Numbered from the stretch's first letter, positions 17,549 to 27,036 are shown. The stretch is 61,265 nt of DNA from an uncultured Gammaproteobacteria bacterium (GCA_964422865.1 CAYRCU010000004.1:1-61265); one strand, 5' to 3'. The notes: generated by a model from the sequence alone, not told the origin. Program-made: numbers and translations.

Positions 17549-20131
17549 ATGAGTAGTTCCGGTGGAGAGCAGTTTCCTCTTATCATTTCTGAACAGGACT
17601 TGTTTTCTGATGTTCAGCGGCGTGATATAGAGGCCGTATTGTTTAGCAAAATACTTGTCTATGCTCGAGAGGAAAGTGTTAGTTTGGATGATGAAGGTTT
17701 TGGTGTAGTGGCCAGAATTGTTACTGGTGCGTTTGTTGATGGTGCTCAGAGGCTTGGCGGGATTCCCGACAAAGGACTTAAGGGTTTTGCTGCTCGAGCG
17801 GTGAATGAGGGCTTGGAACAAAGGAGGACATTGATTCAGCAGGGTAGATTGGTACTGTGTGAGTTGAGGAAAACGAGTGTTTGGAGTGGTGATGTGGTTT
17901 CGGTATTGAGTGATGATTTGGCTATTGACAGATCGTTGGTTAGAGAGGCGAGTGATATTCTTTATGACCATTGGCGAGCAGGTGATCTTTCGGCTGTTAC
18001 CGAGATTGTCCGTTTATTTCAGCAACGTACGCAAACTGTTCGACTGTTGGCGGAGATTGTTTTAGCGAATCAAATGGGGCTTTTGCCAACAGATCGAGAA
18101 TTTGAGCGGTATCAGTCTCTTGTATCCACACCACAGAGACAGGCGATGGCCTTGCGTGGTTTTATTGCGGCAGCTATGTTGAAGATGGGTGATTCGGAGG
18201 CAGAGTATACACCTTTATATATTACCAATAAGGCCTTGGATGATTTGGTTGGTATTTCTGAGGATTTGTTTAACGATCCGGGGGTTGGTAGGGAAGTTTT
18301 ATTATCTCGCATCCTTCAGACGTTTTCCTCTACAATTCATGAGTTATATGGGGCATCCCGGGAATTGATGAATGTGCATTCGGATGTGGGAGAAGTTATT
18401 GATGGATATCTGAACCAAATTCTTAGGAATACCTCAAACTGGGTTCGCGCTGCTACCTTTAAATCCTTTGATAAAGGGTCTCCACAATACTGGAGAAAAT
18501 TGCGTTCGTTTTTTTATGGCTTACCTTTGGAATCCATGTTGCATGGTACGCGATTTTGTTTTGAACCGGAGAATGTTGAGCAGGCTTTGAAAGCAGGCTC
18601 GCTTCATTTGTGGACTCATGGGGTTACGTTTGGGGAGATTGTTGTGCCTTCTGCCCAGGATCTGGCTGCAGCCGAATATGTTTTAACTTCTGGGCGGGCT
18701 CGTGAGGGGAGGGGTTTTGATGGTGGTATTTCGGGGATGCTTAAGGATATTCGGAGGGCAAATGCTGCTTGGACAAGGTTCAGCGGGATTCGACGATCGC
18801 ATCCGCAAAGAATTGCCGATTTGAAATCAAAGCTTGAAGATGTTGAGCAAGCATTGGAGCCAATTGGGGATCGGGATCCAAAAGCCAAAGGTGAGTATCG
18901 TTTTTTTCGAGGATTGTACTCGCGTTATCAAAGGGCTATAGAGTTTCATGAGTATCTTCGTGACAGACTGGATCATTATCCGGAGACTTCGGAAGATGTA
19001 GTAGCCTTGACTCACCTTTATGTTGTTGCAAGGAGTTATTTTTTAGAAAAGAATATAAGCAGAGTTACTGCAAGAAAAGATAGATATATACAAGCTCTTG
19101 AACGGATCTCGATTTTGGATTTTGGATTATGGATGTCCGAAGAGAGTGTTTCTTGGGATAGAGATGAGTCGGATCTACGGGAAGTATTGGAGGAGAACAG
19201 GCGTGTATTGGAGCAAGTTAGGGGCTATCCGGATCAGTCGTGTGAGCTTATGGATTATTTTGGTGCTCACAGAAGTTGCTTGTCTGGATTTCTGTCACAC
19301 CTCTCGTCGCAGACGAAAAGTAGAAGAGTTAAGAGCGAGTTGACCAAGATGGCGGACATAGTTGCGAGCCAGCCTTCTATTGATCTTGTTTTTTTGGCAC
19401 CTGTTTTGGAAGAGAAGTTAGTCGTAAGAGTTCGGGTTATTGAGAAATTGATTGGGTTTTGGGAGAAGCTGGCTTTGCTGGAGGATGAATGGAAAGTGTA
19501 TAGAGAGTATCAGGATTCCGGAAAACATCGAGAACCCGGACGTTTAGTGGAAATAAGAAGAGATCGACTTCTGGAGCAATATTTTAAGGTGTTACCCTTT
19601 GGGATATCCGACAACCTGCACTCATATTTGAATGAACTGTCTGAAGCAGAGCGTCTATGCACACTCTATGATCAGTTCGGTCGCCGTACCTTTGAGATAC
19701 CCAGGAAAGAAGAGTTAGAAGAGTTTTTTGGACAACAAAAAGCCAGTTGTGAGTCAGTAAGAGGAGGAAGGGATCAAATTGGAGTTGATTTTTGGAAGGC
19801 CCTGGAAAAAGCGGTGACAAACCCGGTGATACCCATAAAGGAGGCCGGTGGAATGTGGTTTGGTTCATTTGTGGGGACTCTAAGACAGCGGTTGGCTACT
19901 GCCGAGGCACTTTTGAATTTGGAAAAAGTTGAAAGTGAGTTGGCACGGGCTCGAGAACGGGTGGATCGGGATACTGCTTATTCGGAACAATTGAAACTGA
20001 GAGAGCGATGCGAGGAGATTACTCGGCGAGTTGAGGTACTTCGGAAAGAGCTTGATGATTCCCAAGATGACTTGATTGCTGCTATGGATAAGTGTGGTTT
20101 TGTTGTTCGGGTGGAACAGCTTAGCGGTTGA
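17549..20131 (+). CDS. Large orphan alpha-helical/coiled-coil protein
   Basis: 860 aa uninterrupted ORF; C-terminal coiled coil; no TM or signal peptide. Confidence 0.8.
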   Translation: MSSSGGEQFPLIISEQDLFSDVQRRDIEAVLFSKILVYAREESVSLDDEGFGVVARIVTGAFVDGAQRLGGIPDKGLKGFAARAVNEGLEQRRTLIQQGRLVLCELRKTSVWSGDVVSVLSDDLAIDRSLVREASDILYDHWRAGDLSAVTEIVRLFQQRTQTVRLLAEIVLANQMGLLPTDREFERYQSLVSTPQRQAMALRGFIAAAMLKMGDSEAEYTPLYITNKALDDLVGISEDLFNDPGVGREVLLSRILQTFSSTIHELYGASRELMNVHSDVGEVIDGYLNQILRNTSNWVRAATFKSFDKGSPQYWRKLRSFFYGLPLESMLHGTRFCFEPENVEQALKAGSLHLWTHGVTFGEIVVPSAQDLAAAEYVLTSGRAREGRGFDGGISGMLKDIRRANAAWTRFSGIRRSHPQRIADLKSKLEDVEQALEPIGDRDPKAKGEYRFFRGLYSRYQRAIEFHEYLRDRLDHYPETSEDVVALTHLYVVARSYFLEKNISRVTARKDRYIQALERISILDFGLWMSEESVSWDRDESDLREVLEENRRVLEQVRGYPDQSCELMDYFGAHRSCLSGFLSHLSSQTKSRRVKSELTKMADIVASQPSIDLVFLAPVLEEKLVVRVRVIEKLIGFWEKLALLEDEWKVYREYQDSGKHREPGRLVEIRRDRLLEQYFKVLPFGISDNLHSYLNELSEAERLCTLYDQFGRRTFEIPRKEELEEFFGQQKASCESVRGGRDQIGVDFWKALEKAVTNPVIPIKEAGGMWFGSFVGTLRQRLATAEALLNLEKVESELARARERVDRDTAYSEQLKLRERCEEITRRVEVLRKELDDSQDDLIAAMDKCGFVVRVEQLSG

Positions 20132-20187
20132 TCTTGAAGTAGAAATTTTAACCAAAGTGCGAAATGTATGCCGTCCCATGCAAGATG

Positions 20188-20225
20188 TTGACAAATTGTA
20201 TGAGTAATGTATCATTAGTGTATGA
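20188..20225 (+). promoter_or_regulatory. TA operon promoter with phased operator repeats
   Basis: TTGACA 20188, TATCAT 20210, ATG 20222; TGTATSA at 20197, 20208 and 20219. Confidence 0.65.
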
Positions 20226-20455
20226 ATACTGTTAATGTGTCTTTGCCAATAAAACTTAAGGAACAAGCGCAGAAGCTTGTGGACGAGGGTTATTACGCCT
20301 CTTTTAGCGATCTTGTGCGTGATTCATTGCGTCAAATTTTATCAAAAAATATATACGATTTGATGGTGGAAGAAGCTATTGAAGACGAGAAGAAGGGAAA
20401 AGCTGTAATATTAAAAACAAAGAAAGACATCGACGAGTATATAAATTCTCTGTAA
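20222..20455 (+). CDS. Ribbon-helix-helix antitoxin (ParD/CopG-like)
   Basis: TVNVSLP...LVDEGYYASFSDLVRDSLR RHH signature; acidic C-terminus. Confidence 0.85.
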   Translation: MNTVNVSLPIKLKEQAQKLVDEGYYASFSDLVRDSLRQILSKNIYDLMVEEAIEDEKKGKAVILKTKKDIDEYINSL

Positions 20456-20466
20456 GCTTACGGTAG

Positions 20467-20727
20467 ATGTATGTACTCTTAGCCTCAAAGAGATTTCAAA
20501 AGCAACTTGATAAACTTTCAAGGCAAAATCCAAGACTTAAGAGCAGTGTTTCAAAAATTTTATTATTGTTGGTTAGAAATCCCAAGCATCCATCTTTGAG
20601 GCTTCACAAACTGTCGGGAAGAAATGTATATTCAGTTTCAGTGACGAGGAGAGTGCGAATAATTATTGGGATTCGTGGTAAGAGAATTTACCTTTTGAGA
20701 ATTGGATTACATGATGAGGTTTATTAG
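20467..20727 (+). CDS. RelE/ParE-superfamily toxin (YafQ-like mRNA interferase)
   Basis: FQKQLDKL, HPSLRLHKLSG, RII, IGLHDEVY; basic 86 aa protein downstream of antitoxin. Confidence 0.88.
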   Translation: MYVLLASKRFQKQLDKLSRQNPRLKSSVSKILLLLVRNPKHPSLRLHKLSGRNVYSVSVTRRVRIIIGIRGKRIYLLRIGLHDEVY

Positions 20728-20741
20728 AAAGAGTTTTTAAG

Positions 20742-21644
20742 ATGTCAAGTTCAAAACTATCAGTAGGGATAGTGGGGTTGCCTAATGCGGGGAAATCAAC
20801 GCTTTTTAATGCTTTGGCTAGTCGTCGCTTGGCTGAAACTGCACCTAGACCTTTTACTACAATTGATCCCAACGAAGCTGTGGTGGGAGTGCCGGATGAA
20901 AGATTAAAGAAACTGGTTGATATTATTAAGCCCCAAAAAACACTACCTGCAACTGTAACTTTTATTGATATTGCAGGTCTTATTAAGGGTGCTCATAAAG
21001 GTGAGGGGCTGGGTAATCAGTTTTTGGGAAAAATTCGTGAAGTTGATGCAATTGTTCATGTTGTGGCTGCTTTTGGTGATCAGTCAGCCGCTGAGATTAT
21101 GGAAAATATTGAAGTTGTTAATCTGGAGCTTGAGCTGGGTGAGATAGAAGCAAAGCCGACAATTTATGTGCTTAACCTTGCAGAAAACGGTAATACCCGG
21201 AATGATGAATTATCCACACAGATTAAGAAAAGGTTTGGTGGTGAGGTGATTGAGCTTTGTGCTAAATTGGAGGAGGAATTAATTGATCTTGAAGAGTCTG
21301 AGCGCACAGTTTATTTAAATGAAGTCGGCTTTGGGCAATCCGGCCTTGTTAATTTGATTCAAAAGTCTTATCAACTGCTTGGTCTGATTACTTTTTATAC
21401 TATTAAGGGAGGCAAGGAAGTATCAGCCTGGAGCCTGGAGAGCGGTGGAGGTGCGATTGTGGCTGCGGCCAAAGTGCACAGTGATTTTGCTGCCAAATTT
21501 ATTAAAGCAGAGGTGATTGGAGTTCATGAATTGTTGGGGTTGGGGACTTGGAAGAAAGCAAAGGAGAAGGGGAAAGTGAGACTTGAGGGAAAAGATTATG
21601 TTGTACGGGATGGAGATGTTATTGAGTTTAGGGTTGGTGTGTAG
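20742..21644 (+). CDS. ychF: Ribosome-binding ATPase YchF (internally shortened)
   Basis: GLPNAGKS, PFTTIDPN, DIAGL, GEGLGNQFL, TGS domain RLEGKDYVVRDGD. Confidence 0.93.
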   Translation: MSSSKLSVGIVGLPNAGKSTLFNALASRRLAETAPRPFTTIDPNEAVVGVPDERLKKLVDIIKPQKTLPATVTFIDIAGLIKGAHKGEGLGNQFLGKIREVDAIVHVVAAFGDQSAAEIMENIEVVNLELELGEIEAKPTIYVLNLAENGNTRNDELSTQIKKRFGGEVIELCAKLEEELIDLEESERTVYLNEVGFGQSGLVNLIQKSYQLLGLITFYTIKGGKEVSAWSLESGGGAIVAAAKVHSDFAAKFIKAEVIGVHELLGLGTWKKAKEKGKVRLEGKDYVVRDGDVIEFRVGV

Positions 21645-21696
21645 AGTGGGGGAGAAAGTGTTGTTTGGGATTGGCTCGTTTGGTATACTGTGCGGG

Positions 21697-21984
21697 ATGA
21701 ATAAGTATGAGCTTGTTGTTGTTCTTCCGGGGGACGCGACTGTTGCCAAGAAAAAGGCTGTTGGCGAATCTTTGGAAAAGCTTGTGAAGATTTTAAAAGG
21801 TAAGATTGAGAAGGTTATTGATTGGGGTAAGAAAGATTTGGCTTACGAGATTGAAAAAAACACCTCTGGAGTTTTTTTGATTTTTGAATTAGAATTATCT
21901 CCAGAAGCGGTTCGGGCGATGCCTGATAAGCTGAGGCTCAATGAGCAGATAATTAGATATCTTTTGGTTAAAAAGGAAGAATAG
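21697..21984 (+). CDS. rpsF: 30S ribosomal protein S6
   Basis: MNKYEL, DWGKKDLAYEI, IIRYLLVK; rpsF-ssb-rpsR order. Confidence 0.95.
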   Translation: MNKYELVVVLPGDATVAKKKAVGESLEKLVKILKGKIEKVIDWGKKDLAYEIEKNTSGVFLIFELELSPEAVRAMPDKLRLNEQIIRYLLVKKEE

Positions 21985-21989
21985 GGAAG

Positions 21990-22469
21990 ATGGCTAGAAG
22001 TTTAAATCGGGCGCAATTGATTGGGAATTTAACTCGTGATCCTGAGTTGAGATATACTCCTCAAGGAACTGCGGTGTGTACTTTTAGTGTTGCCACAAAC
22101 AGACAGTGGAAAACTGAGAGTGGAGACACCAGAGATGAAGCGGAGTTTCATAGGATAGTTGCTTGGGATAAGCTGGCTGAGATATGCAATCAGCTTCTTA
22201 AAAAGGGCAGGAAGGTTTTTGTTGAAGGAAGAATTCAAACCAGAAAGTGGCAGACGCAGGATGGACAACCAAGAAGCACAACTGAGATTGTGATTAGTGA
22301 TATGGTGGTACTTGACAAGATGGGTGGTGCGCCTTCCGGGGACGTGATTGATGTTCCGGATGATTTTGAAGCTGAGATAGATGTGAATGAAGATGTAAAA
22401 AAAGATGAAAAGAAGAAGGGCTCAAAGAAAGATGAGAAACCTGAAGGGGATGAAGATATTCCTTTCTAG
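21990..22469 (+). CDS. ssb: Single-stranded DNA-binding protein
   Basis: LIGNLTRDPELRYT OB fold; C-terminal DIPF. Confidence 0.97.
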   Translation: MARSLNRAQLIGNLTRDPELRYTPQGTAVCTFSVATNRQWKTESGDTRDEAEFHRIVAWDKLAEICNQLLKKGRKVFVEGRIQTRKWQTQDGQPRSTTEIVISDMVVLDKMGGAPSGDVIDVPDDFEAEIDVNEDVKKDEKKKGSKKDEKPEGDEDIPF

Positions 22470-22493
22470 TTTTTTTTAGTAAGATTTAATTGG

Positions 22494-22700
22494 ATGGCGA
22501 AAACAAGTACTGAAAGATATAAGATTGATGGTCAAATTTCGTACAGAAATTATGAGGAGCTGAGGAGGTTTATGAATGATCGCGGAAGGATTATTGGCAG
22601 AAAAAAGACAGGGCTTTCTGCAAAACAGCAAAGAAGGCTTGCAATTGCTGTTAAAAGGGCTAGATTTTTGGGTCTTCTACCTTTTCAAGTTCGCGTTTAA
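22494..22700 (+). CDS. rpsR: 30S ribosomal protein S18
   Basis: GRII...TG..AKQQRRLAIAVKRARFLGLLPF. Confidence 0.95.
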   Translation: MAKTSTERYKIDGQISYRNYEELRRFMNDRGRIIGRKKTGLSAKQQRRLAIAVKRARFLGLLPFQVRV

Positions 22701-22712
22701 AGTTATTGTTGT

Positions 22713-23957
22713 ATGACTAGAAAACTGATTGTGTTTTTTAGATCTTCTAATATGAGGAAGGTCTTTTTAATCTTTATTGCGGTATTTGTGTTTTCCTTTG
22801 GTTATGCTTTGGGTGATTTTAGAGCTGGTGACGGAGAAGGAGTTAAGGTTACCATCAATAGAGAGATTCCTCCCGACAAAGCTTTGGATTTTTCTCTTTT
22901 TTGGGATGTTTGGGATATTTTGGAGGAACAGTATTATGATTCTTCCAGGCTTCAGGAGACTAACATGGTTTACGGGGCCATTAAGGGTATGGTGGCTTCT
23001 TTGGGGGATCCGTACACAACGTTTTTGACTCCCAGTGAGAATAATTTGGTGGAGGAGGATATGCAGGGGAATTTTGATGGAGTTGGAATACAGATTGGGT
23101 TTCGCGGGACTCAGCTTGCTGTTATTTCTCCTCTCCCCGGGACACCTGCCGAGCAAAGTGGAATTGAAGCGGGGGATTTTATTGTTGGGATTAAGGATGA
23201 GGAGAGAGGTATTGACAGGGGTACGTTCGGAATTAGTTTGCAGGAGGCGGTGAGAGTGATACGGGGGCCTGCCGGAACAAAGGTGACATTAATGCTTTTG
23301 AGGGAAGGAGTGAGTGAGCCGTTGATGGTGGATGTGATACGCGGCAGGATAGAGGTGCCCAGTGTAACACTTTCTTTTGAGGGTGAAGGGGAATCGGTGG
23401 CGCATGTGAAGCTGATGAAATTTGGTGGGGAGACTGAGCGGGAATGGAACAAAGTTGTAAGTGAAATATTAAAGAAGAGAAATTTGAAAGGAATTGTTTT
23501 GGATATGCGAGGCAACCCCGGGGGGTATTTGCAGGGGGCGGTTGATTTGGGAAGTGATTTTCTTGAAGCGGGCGAGGTAGTGGTGATTGAAGATAGGGGA
23601 AAGAAGAAATATGACTATAAGGTTGAGAGAAGAGGAAGGCTTATTGGAGAAAATGTGGTGGTTCTTGTGGATGGAGGCAGTGCTTCTGCGAGCGAGATAT
23701 TGGCAGGTGCGCTTCGTGATCAATTGGGAACAAAAATAGTGGGGGAGGCGACTTTTGGAAAAGGAACAATTCAGGAGAGGCAGGAAATATCCGGGGGAGT
23801 TGCCTTGCATGTTACGAGTGCCAAATGGCTTACGCCAAATGGAATCTGGATTAATGAGACGGGGCTTGAACCGGACGTGGTAATTGAGGATAATATTGAG
23901 ACTGTAGAGGATGAACAGCTTTTGGAGGCGATGAAACTTGTTTATGAAAAGGTTTGA
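22713..23957 (+). CDS. ctpA: Carboxyl-terminal processing protease (S41)
   Basis: DPYT, PDZ, LDMRGNPGG, SASASEI, TFGKG. Confidence 0.93.
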   Translation: MTRKLIVFFRSSNMRKVFLIFIAVFVFSFGYALGDFRAGDGEGVKVTINREIPPDKALDFSLFWDVWDILEEQYYDSSRLQETNMVYGAIKGMVASLGDPYTTFLTPSENNLVEEDMQGNFDGVGIQIGFRGTQLAVISPLPGTPAEQSGIEAGDFIVGIKDEERGIDRGTFGISLQEAVRVIRGPAGTKVTLMLLREGVSEPLMVDVIRGRIEVPSVTLSFEGEGESVAHVKLMKFGGETEREWNKVVSEILKKRNLKGIVLDMRGNPGGYLQGAVDLGSDFLEAGEVVVIEDRGKKKYDYKVERRGRLIGENVVVLVDGGSASASEILAGALRDQLGTKIVGEATFGKGTIQERQEISGGVALHVTSAKWLTPNGIWINETGLEPDVVIEDNIETVEDEQLLEAMKLVYEKV

Positions 23958-25092
23958 TTTGAAAGGTTTTACAATAGGTGTGCTTCTTGTTGTTGTGGTT
24001 ACGGCTTCGGCTGTTGGGGGAGCTTTGGTGGATCGAGTTGGTGAAATAAGTTTTTTGGATAATTTTGTTCCCCGGCGAGAGGGAGCCTTGAAGCTTGAAC
24101 AAAGAGTGGTAAATGAGGAGAGTGTGGTTATAGATGTTTCTGCAAGAGTCAGCCCTTCCGTTGTTACGGTTAGTGTAGAGACTCCAAGAAGGCGTATTTT
24201 GGAGTTTAATCCCTTTGAGGGTTTTCGCTCGAGAGTTGAGGGAGGAAGCCCGCAGGATATTGGGAGCGGGTTTGTGGTTAGTGAGGACGGGCTTATTGTG
24301 ACCAACAAGCATGTTGTTTCCTTGAATGATGTTAAGTACAAGGTTATTACTAATGACGACAAGGAGTATGAGGTATTGGAGATAAATCGGGATCCTACTA
24401 ATGACCTTGCGATTTTAAAGGTTGATGCAAAGAATTTGCCTTCCGTGGAGCTTGGTGATTCGGGAAATTTGAAAGTGGGGCAATTTGTGATTGCGATAGG
24501 AACTGCTCTTGGAGAGTTTAGGCACACCGTTACTACAGGAGTTATTTCCGGACTCGGGAGAGGTATTGTGGCGGGGAGTGCATTGGAAGGATATGTGGAA
24601 AGATTGGACGATGTTATTCAGACGGATGCTGCGATTAATCCGGGAAACAGTGGTGGGCCGCTGCTTAATAGTGCCGGGCAGGTAATTGGTGTGAATGTGG
24701 CGGTGGCTTCCGGTGCTCAGAATGTGGGTTTTGCGATTCCTATTAATATTATTAAGGAGAGTTTGCGAGAATTTGAGAAAAACGGAAGGTTTGTTGGGAG
24801 GCCGTTTTTGGGGGTGCGGTATCAGATGATAGGCAAGAGGACGGCTCTTATGAATGATGTTCCGCAAGGGGCGTATGTTGTGGAAGTTGTGGAGGGGTCT
24901 GCTGCTGAGGATGCCGGGATTGAAGTTGATGACATACTTACCGAGTTTGATGGGAAAAGTGTTTCTGAAAGTGAGGATGGGCTTTCTGAGATACTGAAGG
25001 ATTATGAGCCGGGTGATAAGGTGAAAGTGAAGGTTTGGAGAGGTGAAAAAGAGGTGGAGCTTCAGGTAACTTTGTCTGAGTTTAGCGAATGA
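23938..25092 (+). CDS. HtrA/DegP-family serine protease with one PDZ
   Basis: TNKHVV, DLAILK, QTDAAINPGNSGGPL; N-terminal TM. Confidence 0.95.
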   Translation: MFMKRFDLKGFTIGVLLVVVVTASAVGGALVDRVGEISFLDNFVPRREGALKLEQRVVNEESVVIDVSARVSPSVVTVSVETPRRRILEFNPFEGFRSRVEGGSPQDIGSGFVVSEDGLIVTNKHVVSLNDVKYKVITNDDKEYEVLEINRDPTNDLAILKVDAKNLPSVELGDSGNLKVGQFVIAIGTALGEFRHTVTTGVISGLGRGIVAGSALEGYVERLDDVIQTDAAINPGNSGGPLLNSAGQVIGVNVAVASGAQNVGFAIPINIIKESLREFEKNGRFVGRPFLGVRYQMIGKRTALMNDVPQGAYVVEVVEGSAAEDAGIEVDDILTEFDGKSVSESEDGLSEILKDYEPGDKVKVKVWRGEKEVELQVTLSEFSE

Positions 25093-25772
25093 GTTTTTTT
25101 TAGGATTTTATCTAAGTTTCCCTCAATAATTGAGTCCAGGTTACCCCACTTTTTATTTATTCTGTGGTCGGTGACTCTATTTTGGGGATAGTTGTAGGTT
25201 CTTATTTTTTCCGCTCGCATTCCGCGACCTACTGCACTTCTGTAGTTTGCAATTTCCTGTTCCTTTTTTAATTCTTGAAGCTGCCAAAGCTTTGCGCGGA
25301 GCATTTCGAGAGCATTTTCTCTGTTTTGTTCCTGGCGACGCTCGGTTTGTGCTGTTACTGTTAGCCCTGTTGGTTTGTGTGTGAGGCGCACGGCAGTGCT
25401 TACTTTGTTTACATTTTGGCCTCCGCTTCCACTGCTTCTGAAAAACTGCCAATCCAGGTCTTGTGTATTTATTTGGATTTCTTTTTGGGTTACTTGCGGA
25501 AGAACTGCTACGGTTGCTGTGGAGGTGTGAATTCGCCCTCTTTTTTCTGTTTGTGGAACTCTTTGCACTCTATGGACCCCTGATTCGTTTTTCAGGATAT
25601 CAAAAGCGTTTTGTCCTTTTATTTTGATAGTTAGCTCGTCTGTTTGTGAGATTTTCCAATTTTTTTTTGCTGCAAAACGTGTGTACATTCGAAGAAGATC
25701 AGCTCCCCAGAGCTTTGCTTCGTCTCCACCTGCGGCGGGCCTTATTTCTATGTAGCAGATTTGATTGTTCAA
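25062..25772 (-). CDS. prfA: Peptide chain release factor 1 lacking N-terminal domain 1
   Basis: EIRPAAGGDEA, ESGVHRVQRVPQTE (PxT), GGQNVNK, EKIRTYNYPQNRVTDHRI; follows rpmE; TTG start. Confidence 0.88.
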   Translation of the reverse strand: MNNQICYIEIRPAAGGDEAKLWGADLLRMYTRFAAKKNWKISQTDELTIKIKGQNAFDILKNESGVHRVQRVPQTEKRGRIHTSTATVAVLPQVTQKEIQINTQDLDWQFFRSSGSGGQNVNKVSTAVRLTHKPTGLTVTAQTERRQEQNRENALEMLRAKLWQLQELKKEQEIANYRSAVGRGMRAEKIRTYNYPQNRVTDHRINKKWGNLDSIIEGNLDKILKKTHSLNSDKVT

Positions 25773-25777
25773 TGTTG

Positions 25778-26101
25778 TTATTTTTTCTTTGTGGTTTCTT
25801 TGCGAAGTTGTGAGAGAGATTCCAGGCCTCTGTATTTTTGTTTGATTCTTTTTTCTCTTTTTTCTGCCAGCCTTTCCCTTTTGGAGAGGACTTTTTTGTT
25901 TGCTTTGCTTTGTCTTGTTTTGAATTTTTCAACGCGACCGGCGCCGCTTGTGAATCTCATTTGGCCTGTGTAGAAAGGGTGACAAGCGGAACAAACCTCA
26001 ACTTCAAGTTCGGGTATTGTGGCCCCAGTTGTAAATGAGTTTCCACAGGCGCACTTTACTTTTGCTTCCGGATACCACTTGGGATGTATTTTGGCTTTCA
26101 T
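25778..26101 (-). CDS. rpmE: 50S ribosomal protein L31 with basic C-terminal extension
   Basis: [25 protein letters not shown]. Confidence 0.95.
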   Translation of the reverse strand: MKAKIHPKWYPEAKVKCACGNSFTTGATIPELEVEVCSACHPFYTGQMRFTSGAGRVEKFKTRQSKANKKVLSKRERLAEKREKRIKQKYRGLESLSQLRKETTKKK

Positions 26102-26127
26102 CTGCCGGTAATTATATCAGTCTGCAG

Positions 26128-27036
26128 TTATCCAATCAATTTTTTTCTTTTGGACTCTGCAATGATGAGCCCCAGAATAATAACTGCTGCCCCCATGATG
26201 GAGGGGATTGTAAAGCTTTCACCTAGCCAGATGATTGCTATGGGGATGGCAAAGACGGGATTCAAATATGAGAAAAGTGAGGCTTCACTAATTTCAACTG
26301 TTTTTTGACCCTTGACCCAGAGGGTGTAGGCGAGATTACCTGAGATGAGTGCCATGTATATGACTCCTAAGTGATAGGGTAGGGGAATGCTGGTGATTTG
26401 AGAAATGATTTGCGTGCCTTCTGTGAATAATGCTATTGGAACCATTGTGAGAAATCCTACTACAAAGGAGGTGCTGGTCATGATGGTAGGAGTGACCTTT
26501 TTCCTTGTGAGATGTTTGGCTAGAACTGCGGAGAACATGTTGACGATAAGATAGAGAGCTACAAAGATATTACCTGTGAGGGCTCCGTTGTGATGATTTT
26601 TGAGAAGAGGATCTATTGTTGTGAGAGCGACTCCGAGAATGGTAATTGTAATTCCCAGTTTTTCTCTTTTTGTGACGTGTTCTCCAAGAAGCTTTGTTCC
26701 TGCAAGTGTGATTAGGAGAGGATTTGCCATGGTGATAATTGTCATGTCTACTACCGTGGTTTTTTCAAGTCCCAGGAAGAGAAATCCTAACGCTACGGTA
26801 GAAGTTAGAAATCCCCAAAAGAAGAGTGTGAGGCGGACTTTTGGGTTTTTGGGCAAATGTCGTTTGGTGAGGAATAGAATAACAATTGAAACTGTGGTGG
26901 AGAGCATGAATCTGTACGCTAGAAATGTGTAGGCACTGAAGTTTTCCAGGGTAAATTTGATTATCGGACCTGCGATACCCCAAATTGCGGCGCTTGCGAG
27001 TAGGTAGATATAAGCTTTTGCTCTTCTTTTACTCAT
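26128..27036 (-). CDS. EamA/DMT-family transporter
   Basis: About 10 TMs in two repeats; IWG, LAYRF, LGE, YLNPVFA..LGE. Confidence 0.9.
   Translation of the reverse strand: MSKRRAKAYIYLLASAAIWGIAGPIIKFTLENFSAYTFLAYRFMLSTTVSIVILFLTKRHLPKNPKVRLTLFFWGFLTSTVALGFLFLGLEKTTVVDMTIITMANPLLITLAGTKLLGEHVTKREKLGITITILGVALTTIDPLLKNHHNGALTGNIFVALYLIVNMFSAVLAKHLTRKKVTPTIMTSTSFVVGFLTMVPIALFTEGTQIISQITSIPLPYHLGVIYMALISGNLAYTLWVKGQKTVEISEASLFSYLNPVFAIPIAIIWLGESFTIPSIMGAAVIILGLIIAESKRKKLIG

Noticed and set aside
21210-21218. DnaA box TTATCCACA in ychF (another at 52367-52375 in the MTase)
   Set aside because: Isolated, inside coding sequence and compatible with chance.
23469-24527. 352 aa antisense ORF and many other shadow ORFs opposite real genes
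   Set aside because: They overlap well-supported genes and are explained by scarcity of stop codons on the skewed strand.
25772-25940. Programmed frameshift fusing L31 to RF1
   Set aside because: The RF1 frame is open ~50 codons upstream, but there is no canonical slippery heptamer, and stop-poor alternative frames are expected on this A/C-rich strand.
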